A stretch of DNA of 64,000 nt from a virus. Positions 9,859-19,411 of the stretch are shown in pieces. The DNA lies in the IMG/VR virus record IMGVR_UViG_3300045988_057942. One strand, given 5' to 3'. Each line of letters opens with the position of its first letter. Position 1 is the first letter of the stretch. Position numbers and translations under genes: made by a program. The notes beneath the pieces were generated by a model. That model was not told where the DNA came from. It saw only the letters and a list, made by a program, of their open reading frames with translations, and ran no database searches.

Positions 9859-11544
9859 ATGAACAATAAACAACTATATGAAAAACTAGGTCAGAATAGT
9901 TATGATAAAGTATTTCCTATTACTTATCTTCAAAATATTCTTGACAAAGATACAAATAATGATTTAACTGTTGTTCTTTCTAGGTTTAATCATTTATGGA
10001 TTCCATATCAAGGAACTAGAGTTAATACTCGTAAAGCTGTTCCTGCTATTTTTAGACGTAATAGTCTTACTATAAGTTATTATGACGCAGAACATAATAT
10101 ATCTGTAACTGAAAGTTATATAGGTAGTAATATGCAAGCTGGTGTTGAAGCTAGTTGGGTTTCTGATGATAATTGGACTAAAATTCTTAGTGAAAAATAT
10201 CTTGAAGAATCTGGTGCTAAAATTCCTATTGCTGATGGTACTATTGATTGGGATATGCTTAACGAAGCTCTTAAGCAAATGATTGCTGCTGATGGTAAAG
10301 TTACTATTATTAATTATCCTGATGAAGAGGATATTACTCTTCGATTAACTCCTGGTTGTTGTAATGTAAATCGTCTTAGTCTTAAAGATAGACATTATGA
10401 GCCTGAATATAAAAGCGGTAAAGGATATAAAATAATTCGCAGGGTTTTACTCCCCGTGGAGGATGATGCTAGTAATGCAGAACAGCTTTTATTTGATGGT
10501 TTTCTTGATGATACTTATTGTGAACAATATGGCCAAATAATTCTTAATACTGATAAGTATGAAGTTATTAAAACAGATTTAGGTAATACTGCTGGTATTT
10601 ATTATGATACTTATCATAAATTATTTGTTCTTAGAGTTAAGACTGTTCATGATGGAATTGGTTTTTATAATTATTATACTAGATGGACGATTGTAGAATC
10701 TACTGATAGAGTTCATCCTCTACGGGGGGTCAACACTCCTGTTTATGGAAATAGTGAAGATTATAATATTTATAATACTTGTCTTTCTGATGAACGTCCA
10801 AGACTTGGTATTATATATGTTAATTCAGTAGATAATATTAAATATTATTTTAATGAAGAAAATCTAGTTCAAGTTAAGAATAATATTTATCTTAATTATA
10901 AAGCTGTTCTTACTCAAGATATGGTTAACGAAGAAAATACTCGTTATATTATTCGTTATGCTTTTGATTTAAGTGGTAAAACTATTACAATGCCTGCTGG
11001 ATGTGAACTTGTATTTGAAGGTGGTATTATTGAAAATGGTACTATTGATTTAAATAAATGTAAACTTACAGGTATGGTTGGTGAAGAATCTGAATATCTT
11101 CCTAATGTAACTTGTAGTAATTGGGCTGTTGGTCAAATTGAATATCGTAATGGAAAGATTTGTTATTGGAATGGTAATGAATGGAGAGTAATGGGAGATA
11201 CTTCTTCATTTGATAGTTATACTAAACAAGAAATTAATAACTTGCTTAAAAATTATTATACTAAATCTGAAACTTATAATAAAGAAGAAGTTAATAATTT
11301 GCTTAATGGATATGTTACTAATAGTACATTTAATAACTTTAAAGAAGAAATAAATCAAACTATTACTAATAGTGTTAATCTTGATAAGATTCAAAAAGCT
11401 ATTAATGATGGTTGTGGAGTTAATATGACTATGCCTAGTGCAAATAATAATAAACTTAGTCTTCCAATTTGGACAGGAACTGCTACCCAATATGCAACTA
11501 TTACCCCAGTTGCTGGAATGACTTATAATATTGTTGATGAATAA
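9859..11544 (+). CDS. tailspike/tail fibre-like protein (beta-helix-like domain)
   Basis: 561 aa. NTRYIIRYAFDLSGKTITMPAGCELVFEGGIIENGTIDLNKCKL is paralogous to ORF 321 and is typical of pectate-lyase-fold tailspikes. C-terminal LPIWTGTATQYATITPVAGMTYNIVDE is the fibre motif. Confidence 0.45.
   Translation: MNNKQLYEKLGQNSYDKVFPITYLQNILDKDTNNDLTVVLSRFNHLWIPYQGTRVNTRKAVPAIFRRNSLTISYYDAEHNISVTESYIGSNMQAGVEASWVSDDNWTKILSEKYLEESGAKIPIADGTIDWDMLNEALKQMIAADGKVTIINYPDEEDITLRLTPGCCNVNRLSLKDRHYEPEYKSGKGYKIIRRVLLPVEDDASNAEQLLFDGFLDDTYCEQYGQIILNTDKYEVIKTDLGNTAGIYYDTYHKLFVLRVKTVHDGIGFYNYYTRWTIVESTDRVHPLRGVNTPVYGNSEDYNIYNTCLSDERPRLGIIYVNSVDNIKYYFNEENLVQVKNNIYLNYKAVLTQDMVNEENTRYIIRYAFDLSGKTITMPAGCELVFEGGIIENGTIDLNKCKLTGMVGEESEYLPNVTCSNWAVGQIEYRNGKICYWNGNEWRVMGDTSSFDSYTKQEINNLLKNYYTKSETYNKEEVNNLLNGYVTNSTFNNFKEEINQTITNSVNLDKIQKAINDGCGVNMTMPSANNNKLSLPIWTGTATQYATITPVAGMTYNIVDE
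10449..10468 (-). repeat. GC-element copy (reverse), in-frame in ORF 9859 (..LPVEDD..)
   Basis: ACTCCCCGTGGAGGATGATG. Confidence 0.7.
10714..10736 (+). repeat. GC-element copy (forward), in-frame in ORF 9859 (..HPLRGVNT..)
   Basis: CATCCTCTACGGGGGGTCAACAC. Inverted partner of 10449. Confidence 0.7.
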
Positions 11545-12656
11545 TGAGTTTAACTCTTGGACGTGAAGGAGGAATTGCTCAACCTCTTAGAAAGAGAACA
11601 GTAGGTCAAACTAATATTGCTCATGTTTATGATGGTACTAATCATATTTGGCCTACTTCTGTTATTCATTTTAGTGATTTTACTAGTGTTCAACTTAGAT
11701 ATATTTGGGGTAAAAATGATGGTTCTGATTTGGATACTAAATCATATTATGTTAATTCTCCTATTGATAGTTTAAACTATTCATCTGTTGGTTTTTCTTG
11801 GAGTCAAAGACCTGGTGTTATACCTTATTTATATTGGGGTGGTGATAATGTAAATTCTGGTGCTGAATGTATTATGTTCAACATTGAATCTATGATTGAA
11901 TTAGAAGATAAAATGCCTGATATAATGAAGATGAATTTATGTGCTAATTGGTATGGTTCAAAAGGTATTGGAAATGTTACTATTGAATGTACTGCTTATA
12001 AAGGAGGAGTTATAGTTTGTGCTTGGCAATTAACAAATGTTGAAGATGATATTGATAAACGTGGAGAATTTTTATTTCCAACTTCTGATGGTAAAATAGA
12101 TATGCCTGATTATAGTAATGGAGGTTATAAAGAATGTTGGTATGGTGAAGTTGTTGAAGCTAGACCTATTGGTGGTGGTCAATCTATATATTTTAGAGTT
12201 AATCCTGTTGATGATAGTATTTTTGAACTTCCTAATATTAAAGTAATTCGTACTGGTAATGGAATGGTACATAAAGATGGTTATTGCTGGTATCAAAATA
12301 CTCCTAATACTAAGTATAAAGTATGGAATAATCAAATAAATCTAAGTGGATATATTAATACTCTTGGTTCTCCTAAGTTAAATATTGATAAAGATGATAC
12401 TTACGAATATACTTATATGACAGCTTTACTTAATTCAGATAATACTATTTATAATTCAGAATATAACAATAATTATAAATTTAATTATGGTTTTGTTGCA
12501 GGTAATTCTGAATTTAGAGGACAACAAGTTATTCAATGTAATGTTGCTAGTCAAACTGGTCCTGCTGATGATGGTAAGACTTCAATTGGTGAAATAAAAT
12601 ATACTAAACTTAACAAAATTGGTGAGTTGACAATATATAATCCTATTGAAAGTTAA
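11544..12656 (+). CDS. hypothetical virion protein
   Basis: 370 aa ORF in the structural operon, start overlapping the previous stop (ATGA). Confidence 0.4.
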   Translation: MSLTLGREGGIAQPLRKRTVGQTNIAHVYDGTNHIWPTSVIHFSDFTSVQLRYIWGKNDGSDLDTKSYYVNSPIDSLNYSSVGFSWSQRPGVIPYLYWGGDNVNSGAECIMFNIESMIELEDKMPDIMKMNLCANWYGSKGIGNVTIECTAYKGGVIVCAWQLTNVEDDIDKRGEFLFPTSDGKIDMPDYSNGGYKECWYGEVVEARPIGGGQSIYFRVNPVDDSIFELPNIKVIRTGNGMVHKDGYCWYQNTPNTKYKVWNNQINLSGYINTLGSPKLNIDKDDTYEYTYMTALLNSDNTIYNSEYNNNYKFNYGFVAGNSEFRGQQVIQCNVASQTGPADDGKTSIGEIKYTKLNKIGELTIYNPIES

Positions 12657-12705
12657 AATAATGTTAATTACCAAACAAAGATAACGGTTTAAGTGTTATA
12701 GATTA

Positions 12706-12741
12706 TGTAGTTCAAACTACAAGTATTAATCTATTTTTTTT
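12706..12741 (+). terminator. weak terminator-like hairpin + T-run after ORF 11544-12656
   Basis: TGTAGTT..AACTACA stem followed by a T8 run 10 nt downstream. Confidence 0.25.
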
Positions 12742-12761
12742 AACTTAAACCTTAATTTATT

Positions 12762-13523
12762 ATGCAAGTAATTGAAAAAGTGAAAGTTGTTCCAGAGGGC
12801 TATAATGGTGCTGGAATGAATTATGACGGTGGTAATCGTCGTGATGTAAACGGTAAAGCTAATGCAGGTTTAACTCTTGGTATTATCGGTACTGCACTTG
12901 GTGCTTGGGCTTTGTTTGGTAATCGTCGTTCTAGTGTATTAGGTGGCGCTGGTGGTGGAATGTTAGGTGATGGTTCTACTAATATTAACGTACTTGGTGC
13001 TACTGCTGGTAGTGGAAGCGGTGCTCCTACTGCTTTTCAAGCATGGGAAAAATCTTGTGAAGATACTTTAGCTCTTCAAGGTGGTCTTTATCAATGGGCT
13101 TTGACTCAACAGAATCAACGTTTTGAAGATAGAGAACGATTGAATAGTGAACTGTTTGGTGTTTATATTGATGGACGTAATCGTACTGATGCTCTTATTG
13201 AGAAAAATAACACTGACCATTTTAATCTTTACAAGTACACTCGTGACGCTGATGATGATATCCGTAAAGAAATATCTGAATTGAAAGCCGAATTAGCTGT
13301 TACTAAAGCTATTCGTCCTTATCAGGATAAACTTATCCAATGCGAAATGGAAAGAATGTTTACGGCTGGTATCAACTATACTAATCAAAAGACTTGCAAT
13401 GTTATTTATGGTGTAGTTACTCTTCCGAATGAACCTACTGTTACTGGTTTAGTTGGACGTAATGCTAACGGTTGTTTACCATGCGGTTTTACTCAAACTG
13501 CTAGTACAACTCCTGCTCAGTAA
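12762..13523 (+). CDS. hypothetical protein, Gly-rich N-terminus
   Basis: 253 aa ORF. Confidence 0.4.
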   Translation: MQVIEKVKVVPEGYNGAGMNYDGGNRRDVNGKANAGLTLGIIGTALGAWALFGNRRSSVLGGAGGGMLGDGSTNINVLGATAGSGSGAPTAFQAWEKSCEDTLALQGGLYQWALTQQNQRFEDRERLNSELFGVYIDGRNRTDALIEKNNTDHFNLYKYTRDADDDIRKEISELKAELAVTKAIRPYQDKLIQCEMERMFTAGINYTNQKTCNVIYGVVTLPNEPTVTGLVGRNANGCLPCGFTQTASTTPAQ

Positions 13524-13563
13524 TATTACTAAGTTTGATTAAGAACATAAAATTAGAATAGAT

Positions 13564-14079
13564 ATGATACCTGTTAATCAATTTATACTAGGTGGTAGTG
13601 ACCCTTTACTATACCCTGGTGAAAAAATGACTAATAGCATTGATGAACAAATTGCTTTTCTTCAAAGTCAAAAACAAGCAATTAATGAAGCTTATCGTCG
13701 TAATGCTATTCCTAATGCAAATAATGGTACAACTCAAAATCAGCAAGTTCCAACTCAAGGAATTTGGGACGCTATTGATGCTGAAATTGCACCACTTACA
13801 CAAGAACAACAAAATATGCTTCTTAGTAACCAAGATTATGTAAATAACTATAATGCTTTACAAAGTATGGTTCAAGCAGAAGTTCTTAATTTAGTTAGAG
13901 GAAAAATCGAAGCTAGTGCTGATGGCAAACATTTACTTGAAGAACAACTTAAACTTGTTAAGTTACTTAAAAGTAAAATTGTTGAAGTTACTAACAAAGA
14001 AATGGAATTGTTTAAAGCTTTTAAAGAAGCTAGTAAAACTAATCCTAATTTAACTTATGAAGAATTTTTAAAGAAGTAA
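13564..14079 (+). CDS. hypothetical protein
   Basis: 171 aa ORF. Confidence 0.4.
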   Translation: MIPVNQFILGGSDPLLYPGEKMTNSIDEQIAFLQSQKQAINEAYRRNAIPNANNGTTQNQQVPTQGIWDAIDAEIAPLTQEQQNMLLSNQDYVNNYNALQSMVQAEVLNLVRGKIEASADGKHLLEEQLKLVKLLKSKIVEVTNKEMELFKAFKEASKTNPNLTYEEFLKK

Positions 14080-14083
14080 TATT

Positions 14084-14470
14084 ATGGTTGAAATTGGTAA
14101 TGTTAAAGAGGTTATTAAAGATTATATTATTAAACAATTAGTATCTATGGGTGAAAGTTCTCCAGCTATAAGACTTTTAATTCCTTTAGCTAAAAGAGCA
14201 ATTACTAATAATATTAATAGTTTTGATAAGTTCTTGAAGCCTATTGCAGATAAAGATGGCATGATTGATATTGAAGGTATATTTGATGAAGAAATGGAAA
14301 TTATTAATAATATTGATAATTTTGATTTTGATATACCTTTTATTGGTGGCGGTAATATTTCTAAAGGTATTATATCTCTTGAAGTTCCTTATGTGAATAA
14401 AATTGTTGCTCTTAATCAAACTGATTTAGAAGTTTTAAAAGAATCATTAATCAGTTTAAAAACAAAGTAA
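14084..14470 (+). CDS. hypothetical protein
   Basis: 128 aa ORF, tightly packed (GTAATATTATG junction). Confidence 0.4.
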   Translation: MVEIGNVKEVIKDYIIKQLVSMGESSPAIRLLIPLAKRAITNNINSFDKFLKPIADKDGMIDIEGIFDEEMEIINNIDNFDFDIPFIGGGNISKGIISLEVPYVNKIVALNQTDLEVLKESLISLKTK

Positions 14471-14474
14471 TATT

Positions 14475-15050
14475 ATGAGAGAAATGCCTTACATTCAACC
14501 TTACCATGTTGGTAATCGTCGTGGCGGTAATCAAAATATTCTTGATGAATTTCGTGAATTTCTTGATGCACGTGGAGGACGAGGCGGTCGTGGTGGTAGA
14601 GGTGGCATGAGAAATCGTATTGGCTATGATACTTACGATACTTATGGTCGCTCTACTAATAAAAATGACCGAGAAGAAAAGATTTTAACTATGCTTATGA
14701 GCGGTGGATATAATGACGATGGCTATCATTTTAATGAGTATGAAGCTAAAGAAGTTGTAGAACAAATGTATCATGTTAAAGACAATAAGAAATATATTGG
14801 TGAAAAATATGATATGAATAAAGCTCATGAGATTTGTGAACGCTATAAAGAAGTATTACCTAATGATGTTGAACCTTGTGATGTTTATGTTGCAATTAAC
14901 GCTCAATATCATGATTATGCTAAATTATTTGAAGAATGGTTTGGTGGTAATATAGATAATAAAGTGTTTGAAAGTGCTATTACATTTTGGTTTAAAGATG
15001 TAGATTTTGATGGTGATAAAGTGTGGGAATATTTTCACATGAATAACTAA
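14475..15050 (+). CDS. hypothetical protein with RGG repeats
   Basis: 191 aa. Contains RGGRGGRGGRGG. Confidence 0.4.
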   Translation: MREMPYIQPYHVGNRRGGNQNILDEFREFLDARGGRGGRGGRGGMRNRIGYDTYDTYGRSTNKNDREEKILTMLMSGGYNDDGYHFNEYEAKEVVEQMYHVKDNKKYIGEKYDMNKAHEICERYKEVLPNDVEPCDVYVAINAQYHDYAKLFEEWFGGNIDNKVFESAITFWFKDVDFDGDKVWEYFHMNN

Positions 15051-15070
15051 TCATTATTGTAAAACTATAA

Positions 15071-15108
15071 AAGGGAATTATCTTCGGATAGTTCCCTTTT
15101 TTATTTAT
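15071..15108 (+). terminator. rho-independent terminator-like hairpin
   Basis: AAAGGGAATTATC-TTCG-GATAGTTCCCTTTTTTATTT: 12-bp stem, TTCG loop, T-run. Confidence 0.6.
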
Positions 15109-15120
15109 CTAAATTTTAGT

Positions 15121-15450
15121 ATGGACAAATTTATTGATGCAATTGTAGATGGAATCCTTAGTAATTTTGATTTTGGATTTATGTTTATTGTTAATGTTCT
15201 AACTTATATTATTATTAAAACTATTGATTATTTTAATGGTGATAATAAAGTTCCTACTTGGCAAAAAAGATGTGTATTAGTTATAAGTATTGCTGCTATG
15301 ATTGGTATTTATATTACAGCTGGTTATGATAATACTATTATGCTTGTTAATAGTGCTATTCTTGCTCCTGTGTTTTGGAGTTGGGTTGTTAGTCCTATTC
15401 TAAAGAAACTTGGAGTTGGTTATAAAGATATTGATAATACTATTGGTTAA
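15121..15450 (+). CDS. small membrane protein (3 predicted TM helices; holin-like?)
   Basis: 109 aa with three hydrophobic segments. The holin assignment is inference only. Confidence 0.3.
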   Translation: MDKFIDAIVDGILSNFDFGFMFIVNVLTYIIIKTIDYFNGDNKVPTWQKRCVLVISIAAMIGIYITAGYDNTIMLVNSAILAPVFWSWVVSPILKKLGVGYKDIDNTIG

Positions 15451-15469
15451 GATTGTGTGATGATTATTA

Positions 15470-15553
15470 GCTAGGTTTGACTGACTAATTCAAGCCTGCT
15501 CCATCCTCTACGGGGAGTATAGCTTGCCGAATTTGGCTAGTTTTAAGCCTAGC
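15470..15553 (+). repeat. intergenic GC-element copy flanked by imperfect inverted repeats (MITE-like unit / structured RNA)
   Basis: GCTAGGT...GCCTAGC outer 7-bp stem and CAAGC...GCTTG inner stem enclose the core CTCCATCCTCTACGGGGAGTATAGC (15499-15523). Confidence 0.5.
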
Positions 15554-15658
15554 TGATTAGTTATACACGATTGAATAAAAGTCTTACTGTAAGCCTAAAA
15601 AGTGGCTCTATGGACGTACATAAATATTTACAATATTAAAATTTAAAATAGTAAAGTT

Positions 15659-16000
15659 ATGAGAGTTATTAAGACTAAACATTTTCCTTTTGGTGGTTAT
15701 AAAGCTATTAATCTTTTTGGTATTGTATTTACTAAAGGAGAATTAAGTAATAGAGAACTTAATCATGAAGCTATTCATACAGAACAAATGAAAGAAATGT
15801 TATATATCTTTTTCTATATATGGTATGGTATTGAATATCTTATTATAAGACTATTTCATATTAAACAACATGATGCTTATAAAGATGTAAGTTTTGAAGA
15901 AGAAGCTCATATTAATGATGATAATCTTAATTATATTAGTGAACGTAAACATTATACTTGGACTAAATATCTAGGTATTAATAGTTCTAAAACTGCTTAA
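15659..16000 (+). CDS. small hypothetical protein with HEXXH motif (HEAIH) and a hydrophobic segment
   Basis: 113 aa with NHEAIHTEQ. A possible mini zinc-metallopeptidase, but this is weak. Confidence 0.3.
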   Translation: MRVIKTKHFPFGGYKAINLFGIVFTKGELSNRELNHEAIHTEQMKEMLYIFFYIWYGIEYLIIRLFHIKQHDAYKDVSFEEEAHINDDNLNYISERKHYTWTKYLGINSSKTA

Positions 16001-16051
16001 TTAAAAAATGTTAATAATATTGTTAAACTACTTGTTATTAATAATATAATT

Positions 16052-16059
16052 TATATTTG
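16052..16059 (+). promoter_or_regulatory. possible Bacteroidetes -7 promoter element TATATTTG (TAnnTTTG) upstream of ORF 16082
   Basis: Exact TAnnTTTG match ~22 nt upstream of the ATG. No strong -33 element. Confidence 0.2.
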
Positions 16060-16081
16060 TAACAAACTAAATTCTAAAGAT

Positions 16082-16597
16082 ATGGAAGATGATAAAAGAG
16101 TTAATTATAAGTTAGATGCTATTAATAAACTTATTAATAATCTTAAACTTAGTATTTCTGGTAATAAAGAACATGATGAGCTTGGAGAAAATAATGTTAT
16201 AGTTAATCTTGATGAGATTAGTCAAAAGATTACTGAATTACATGAAATGGTTAAAGCTGAATTTGATGAGTTTGAAAATCAACATAAAAGTGAATCAGAT
16301 GAAACTCAAACTCTTCTTAATAGTCGTTTTGATAAAGTTGATGCTAAATTAGATAGTATTAAAGCTGCTGTTGATAGTATGAAAACTACTATTGGTAATA
16401 AACTTGATACTGTTAATTCTACTATTAATAAAGCAAATACAGATATAGTTGCTGCGATTAATGCTATGAAAACTAGTAATGATACTAAAAACGATGCTAT
16501 AATTACTGCTCTTCAAGGACTTGTAACTAAAGTTAATCGAAATACTAGTAATATTAATTCTCTTAACGGTCGAGTTGATGCTCTAGAACAAGCTTAA
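16082..16597 (+). CDS. coiled-coil protein
   Basis: 171 aa, heptad-rich. Confidence 0.4.
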   Translation: MEDDKRVNYKLDAINKLINNLKLSISGNKEHDELGENNVIVNLDEISQKITELHEMVKAEFDEFENQHKSESDETQTLLNSRFDKVDAKLDSIKAAVDSMKTTIGNKLDTVNSTINKANTDIVAAINAMKTSNDTKNDAIITALQGLVTKVNRNTSNINSLNGRVDALEQA

Positions 16598-16598
16598 C

Positions 16599-18059
16599 AT
16601 GAATTTTAATTTAGTAGAAATGTATAATGGCTTGTTAAGATTTAATAAGCATATACTAAATGAACTTGCAGAAGGACTTAAACATCTACCTAATTTAGAT
16701 GGAGTATCTAAAGGAGATAGTTTAATTATTAATGAACAAGGTAATCCAGCTTGGGGTTCTGCTGCATTTATTCCTACTTTTGAAAATGCTGCTTATGGTA
16801 TTGAATGGACTAAAGATGATAATGATATAATCAGAATTGGTAATGCTAAATTTCATAGAGAACTTCCTATTCAAAATAGACTTAAAGGTTGTGTCTATAA
16901 TGAAAAGAAAATCAGTTATTTCCTTAATCCTACGGGTTGGGCTAAACCTCTTGAAAATGGTTTTGTTCCTCCTCTTGATGGAAGTGATGGCGATGTTGGG
17001 GTAAGAGTTCCAGAGTTTTATATGTGCGTTAAAGATACTGGTACTAAATATCAACTTTGGATAAGTGATTTTAATATTGATGGAACATTTACTAGAGTTC
17101 ATCCTTTTATTATAAGTCATACTAAAACTATGACTAGAACTAGAGAAGATGGTAAAGAAGAAGTATTTAGTGCTTGCATTAAACATGATAATACCAGATA
17201 TTTAGGAGGAAATAAAAGTTCTTCTGTTGTTGCTACTAAATTACAAGGTAGACCTAGAACTGGTATTAATTATGATAAAGCAAATGAATTTTGTGCTAAT
17301 CGCGGTGATTGGATTACAATGATTGATTATCTTGAATATTGTGCTTTACAGGCTCTTTGTTATATTGAGTATGCTAATTTTGATAATCAAGCTGCATTAA
17401 ATACTAATTTAACTAGTGAAGGATTTAAACAAGGAGGTCTTGGTGCTGGTGTTACAAATTTAAATTGGGATAGATGGGCAGCTTTTAATGGTAATAATCC
17501 TATTGTACAAACTTATTGGACTGCTGAACATAATATTGGTAATGGTAGTACAAATGGTGATCATTATGAACTAGGAAATTATAATGCAGATGGAAGTAAT
17601 TTAAATACTTATCCTGCTGTTTATCGTGGTATTCTAAATTTCTTTGGTGATATATGGACATTTGTTAGAGATGTAGCTATTATTAATAAAGATACAAATT
17701 ATAATAGTGTTTATCTTCTTAAAAAAGGTGTTAATCATTCTGATATTACAATAGATAATATTCAAGATAAATGTTATTTTATAGGTGACCAAGCTAATAC
17801 TAATAATTTTATTACTGAATTTGATTTTAGATTTGGTCCTTATTTTGTTCCTAATAAAGTTGGAACTAATAAAAAAGCTGACTATAATTGGAAAAGAGGT
17901 AATGATGGACAAGATACAGATAAAGCTGTTCGTGTGCTTCTGCTTGGCGGTGACGCTCTTAACGGTTCTGCGGCTGGCTCTGGTTACTTTGGTTCTCATT
18001 GGGTTCGGTCGGCTTCTGATGCTGGTGTCGGCTTCTTTACCACAGTTAAGCTTGATTAA
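16599..18059 (+). CDS. DGR target protein (receptor-binding/tail protein with C-terminal variable region, FGE/C-type-lectin-like fold)
   Basis: 486 aa. The 3' end (17934-18038) is the VR matching the downstream TR. NYDKANEFCANRGDWITMIDYLEYCALQA resembles the FGE-sulfatase/CLec fold of DGR targets. Confidence 0.7.
   Translation: MNFNLVEMYNGLLRFNKHILNELAEGLKHLPNLDGVSKGDSLIINEQGNPAWGSAAFIPTFENAAYGIEWTKDDNDIIRIGNAKFHRELPIQNRLKGCVYNEKKISYFLNPTGWAKPLENGFVPPLDGSDGDVGVRVPEFYMCVKDTGTKYQLWISDFNIDGTFTRVHPFIISHTKTMTRTREDGKEEVFSACIKHDNTRYLGGNKSSSVVATKLQGRPRTGINYDKANEFCANRGDWITMIDYLEYCALQALCYIEYANFDNQAALNTNLTSEGFKQGGLGAGVTNLNWDRWAAFNGNNPIVQTYWTAEHNIGNGSTNGDHYELGNYNADGSNLNTYPAVYRGILNFFGDIWTFVRDVAIINKDTNYNSVYLLKKGVNHSDITIDNIQDKCYFIGDQANTNNFITEFDFRFGPYFVPNKVGTNKKADYNWKRGNDGQDTDKAVRVLLLGGDALNGSAAGSGYFGSHWVRSASDAGVGFFTTVKLD
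17934..18038 (+). repeat. DGR variable repeat (VR), 105 bp
   Basis: Aligns base-for-base with TR 18204-18308. The 22 mismatches all fall at TR adenines. In-frame codons encode VLLLGGDALNGSAAGSGYFGSHWVRSASDAGVGFF. Confidence 0.85.
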
Positions 18060-18071
18060 ATAAGTCCACGT

Positions 18072-18149
18072 GGAACTGTTGCTAGGAGTAGTTGGTTAAT
18101 TAATTTGTTTTCTGTTTTTGTATTTCTCGATACTACTCCTGCAACAGTT
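18072..18149 (+). other. long inverted repeat/hairpin immediately downstream of VR (GGAACTGTTGCTAGGAGTAGT ... ACTACTCCTGCAACAGTT)
   Basis: ~19-bp stem with one bulge. Comparable to the hairpin/cruciform needed for DGR target recognition. It may also terminate the target gene. Confidence 0.5.
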
Positions 18150-18203
18150 TATTATAATAATATTAAAGGTTATATTTCTTAAGATGATTGACATTTAGAT
18201 ACA

Positions 18204-18308
18204 GTGCTTCTGCTTAGCAGTAACGCTAATAACAGTTCTAAAGCTAGCTCTAGTAACTTTAATTCTAATTGAGTTCAGTCAGATTCTAATGCTAATGTCG
18301 GCTTCTTT
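18204..18308 (+). repeat. DGR template repeat (TR), 105 bp, non-coding
   Basis: AAC/AAT-rich copy of the VR. 28 adenines, of which 22 are substituted in the VR. Contains an in-frame TGA, so it is not translated. Confidence 0.85.
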
Positions 18309-18458
18309 TATATAATTCCTAAAACTAATAAATATAAGATTAATATAAATATTATTTTGGGAAGTATAACCTTACCTCTTGGTAAAAGATAACGTTATTT
18401 AGAAACTAAAAGTGTTGGTAGTGATATTTACGAAGGCTCTTATATAAATTATATAAAT

Positions 18459-19409
18459 ATGAAAAGATATAGTGGTTTACATGATAAACTATGTACTATT
18501 GAAAATATTGAAGTTGCTGATGATAATGCAAGAAAGAATAAGAATAAGAAATATGGTATTAATAAACATGATAAAAATAGACAATATGAAAATGAAGATT
18601 TGGTAGATAAATTATTTAATCTTAAATATAAAACTTCTAAATATAGTCTATATAAAATATATGAACCAAAAGAACGTATTATTTATAGACTTCCTTATTA
18701 TCCAGATAGAATTGCTCATCATGCTATAATGAATGTTGTAAAAGATATTTGGACAAAAAGTTTTATTCATAATACATATAGTTGTATTGAAGGTAGAGGT
18801 ATTCATCTTTGTGCAAATAATCTTAAAAGAGATTTAAGAAAATATCCTAACGAAACTACATATTGTCTTAAATTAGATATTAGAAAATTTTATCCTAGTA
18901 TTCCTCATGATGGTCTTAAGAAATGTATTAGAAAGAAAATTAAAGATAAAGATTTTCTAATGATTCTTGATGAAATTATTGATTCTACTGATAATGTTCG
19001 TGATATTTCTTCTAAATTAACTAATAAGATTGGAATTGGAGTTCCTATTGGTAATTATCTATCTCAATACTTTGCTAATCTTTATCTTAGCGAACTTGAC
19101 CATTTATGTAAAGAAGAACTTAAATGTAAATTCTATTATCGTTATGCTGATGATATAGTTATTCTAAGTGATAATAAAGATTTTCTTCATAAAGTTCTTA
19201 TTTATATTAAATTATATGTTCATACTATTGGATTGAAAGTTAAAGATAATTATCAAATATATCCTGTTAATAGTAGAGGAATTAATTTTGTTGGTTATGT
19301 ATTTTATCATACTCATACTCTAATTAGAAAATCTATTAAGTATAAAATTATAAAACTAGTAAATAGTTATTTAAATAGAGAAATCGATAAAAAAAAGAAT
19401 TTAAAGTGA
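18459..19409 (+). CDS. DGR reverse transcriptase
   Basis: 316 aa. RT motifs LKLDIRKFYPSI, GVPIGNYLSQYFANLYL and YYRYADDIVIL (YxDD). Confidence 0.85.
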   Translation: MKRYSGLHDKLCTIENIEVADDNARKNKNKKYGINKHDKNRQYENEDLVDKLFNLKYKTSKYSLYKIYEPKERIIYRLPYYPDRIAHHAIMNVVKDIWTKSFIHNTYSCIEGRGIHLCANNLKRDLRKYPNETTYCLKLDIRKFYPSIPHDGLKKCIRKKIKDKDFLMILDEIIDSTDNVRDISSKLTNKIGIGVPIGNYLSQYFANLYLSELDHLCKEELKCKFYYRYADDIVILSDNKDFLHKVLIYIKLYVHTIGLKVKDNYQIYPVNSRGINFVGYVFYHTHTLIRKSIKYKIIKLVNSYLNREIDKKKNLK

Positions 19410-19411
19410 GA

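Noticed and set aside
14571-14610. CGTGGAGGACGAGGCGGTCGTGGTGGTAGAGGTGGC GC-rich patch
   Set aside because: It encodes an RGG repeat, is not related to the GC-element core, and is ordinary coding low complexity.
15470-15553. 84-nt IR-flanked GC-rich unit as a possible tRNA
   Set aside because: A 7-bp acceptor-like stem exists but there is no T-arm (GTTCRANYC) or D-arm. The GC core sits where the anticodon arm should be.
17925-17933. Possible extension of VR/TR homology via GATACAG found upstream of both repeats
   Set aside because: It would need a 15-nt gap in the TR. It is more likely a coincidence, so the repeat boundaries stay at 17934 and 18204.
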